26,079 nt of DNA from Candidatus Falkowbacteria bacterium CG10_big_fil_rev_8_21_14_0_10_43_11 (GTDB lineage: Bacteria; Patescibacteriota; Patescibacteriia; Patescibacteriales; XYC2-FULL-47-12): NCBI GenBank assembly GCA_002778635.1, contig PFAS01000047.1, positions 3,811 through 29,889 of the forward strand. The letters run 5' to 3'. The position numbers and the translations under genes were made by a program. How positions within the stretch are numbered: position 1 is the stretch's first letter; the number at the start of each line of letters is the position of its first letter. Positions 24,678 to 26,079 of this stretch are shown here, piece by piece. The notes beneath the pieces are model-generated. The model was not told where the DNA came from and did not search any database. It worked only from the letters and a program-made list of their open reading frames with translations.

Positions 24678-26079
24678 TTATTTACATAACCCCTTCAAGC
24701 TCATGTTCGGGGCGACAGCTGTATGCGGAATAAGAACATAGACCCACTGCTTGCCTCCGTTGGCTAGATTAAATACAGTAGCGGATTCGCAATATTTCTT
24801 GCCGGCTTCGGCTTTCTCTTGAACCTCTGTGTCGTCGATATCTTTCTCGGCTTTGATTTCAACCATAAAGATCGTGTCGGCAGTTTCTACCACAAAGTCG
24901 GGATGATAGCGTTTTGAATTGAACTTCCAATAAAGCTCAAACTGCGAATCGGCCGGGCGAAGCCACTTCAATACATCCGTATCTTTTTCCAAAATAGCGG
25001 CAAAATCCTTTTCTGATTTAGAATCAAACTTATACAGATTATGACAAGCTTTTTTGAATCCGCTAAATACCTTTGAGGGAATCGTGTTTGTCGGTGTAAT
25101 TGTTTCGGCGTAGTGATGCACGCTATCGGCTGTGTATTTGGAAAAGTTGTGTGGCTTTATCCGATCAAACGGATAGACCAGCGGTTCTTCAAAGCCGGAA
25201 CTTTCCAAATAAAAATGCTGTTGCAATTGGGCATAAATATACTTGCCGATTCCTCGTTTATTGTAGAGCACGATGTTCTCCAAATCTCCCTCGCTTCGGG
25301 CATTGCCAAGCTTAGCGATAGCTTGTTTGGCTAATTTGTACAACAGCTCGGACTCACGATCATAATCCACCTCCGGATAGTTGATCAATTCGTTCACTAA
25401 AATGTTTTCTGGGGTATCACGCTCTGCTCCGGAACTTTCACTCTGTAATATTTCGCTTTCGTTGGTACGCAAGGTACGGCGAATAATCTCCTTCGATACC
25501 GGCTGATAGTTAAGCCCGGCGACACCAAGGTCAAAATCTTTAAAGCCAGACTTTACATCGTGCTTCTGCTGAATAAGCATGCGCGGAATCGGGATCGTCT
25601 TATCAATCAACTCGGAAACGACCGACTCGTATTCCTGCTTGGCCGCTTCAACGATAGCCGACTTAAACAAATTTTGTTGCGGATTGCTTTCAATGCTTGT
25701 GACTATTTTTTCAAAAGCCAGTTTGCGAATCTCGTCGCTATTCAAGTCATTGATATTTTTAACGCTTGCACCCAGGGCATTCACCGCCTCGGTAATCAAC
25801 TGTTCGGCTTCCAAAACCAAGCCGGCCTTTTGTCGGTCCACTTCGTTTGTAATGGTCGCTACTTCCTGACGCTTAAGAGCAAAGGATTCGTCCGTTACCG
25901 AGGAAGCAGTAATAACTTCCTGTGCTTCAGGCAAAGCGTTCGGATCAATTTCAATAATATTTTCCTGCCGAATTATAGAGTTTGGATCATTAGCGGCGTC
26001 AATAATGGATTGAAAGCGATCGTGGGCGATGATAGTGAGCTTGTCCACCTTTTCAACGCCGGTCCGCACGCCATAAGGC
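24678..26079 (-). CDS. 3' part of a probable type III restriction-modification Res subunit (helicase C-terminal region plus PD-(D/E)xK nuclease); starts beyond the right edge
   Basis: Frame open to the edge (PYGVRTGVEKVDKLTIIAHDRF). C-terminal YHPDFVVET..MVEIKAEKD nuclease motif. Confidence 0.75.
   Translation of the reverse strand, partial: PYGVRTGVEKVDKLTIIAHDRFQSIIDAANDPNSIIRQENIIEIDPNALPEAQEVITASSVTDESFALKRQEVATITNEVDRQKAGLVLEAEQLITEAVNALGASVKNINDLNSDEIRKLAFEKIVTSIESNPQQNLFKSAIVEAAKQEYESVVSELIDKTIPIPRMLIQQKHDVKSGFKDFDLGVAGLNYQPVSKEIIRRTLRTNESEILQSESSGAERDTPENILVNELINYPEVDYDRESELLYKLAKQAIAKLGNARSEGDLENIVLYNKRGIGKYIYAQLQQHFYLESSGFEEPLVYPFDRIKPHNFSKYTADSVHHYAETITPTNTIPSKVFSGFKKACHNLYKFDSKSEKDFAAILEKDTDVLKWLRPADSQFELYWKFNSKRYHPDFVVETADTIFMVEIKAEKDIDDTEVQEKAEAGKKYCESATVFNLANGGKQWVYVLIPHTAVAPNMSLKGLCK

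Noticed and set aside
25100-25869. Plus-strand ORFs opposite the Res gene
   Set aside because: Shadow ORFs without recognisable features.

Overview
Most of this window (4926-22154) is the str-S10-spc ribosomal superoperon, from rpsL-rpsG-fusA-[ORF]-tuf-rpsJ through rplO-secY. It looks like a Patescibacteria/CPR (Parcubacteria/ABY1-like) genome by inference: rpmD is absent, almost no starts have a Shine-Dalgarno (SD) site, several r-proteins carry long tails, and there are DxDxDG surface proteins. Genetic code is 11 (TGA, TAG and TAA all end conserved genes). On the left are a truncated surface protein, a small cluster of SD-led genes (one a CxxCxGxG zinc finger split by an in-frame TAG), a TSP3/CAP membrane protein, an M50 protease and a small minus-strand ORF. 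On the right are typA/bipA convergent on secY, a 453-bp internally deleted IS66-like element with 22-bp terminal inverted repeats (TIRs), and the 3' part of a probable type III restriction Res subunit. The most notable unexplained signal is in the non-coding DNA. Many gene junctions carry related palindromic or 7-9-nt tandem/inverted repeat modules. One family ends in T(A/T)TTTGAAC just before SD-less start codons, and some repeats have been absorbed into the C-termini of L3, S17 and L15. An acidic ORF with a Phd/YefM-like N-terminus and a perfect-consensus promoter sits between fusA and tuf. All calls come from reading the sequence by eye; no searches or folding programs were run.
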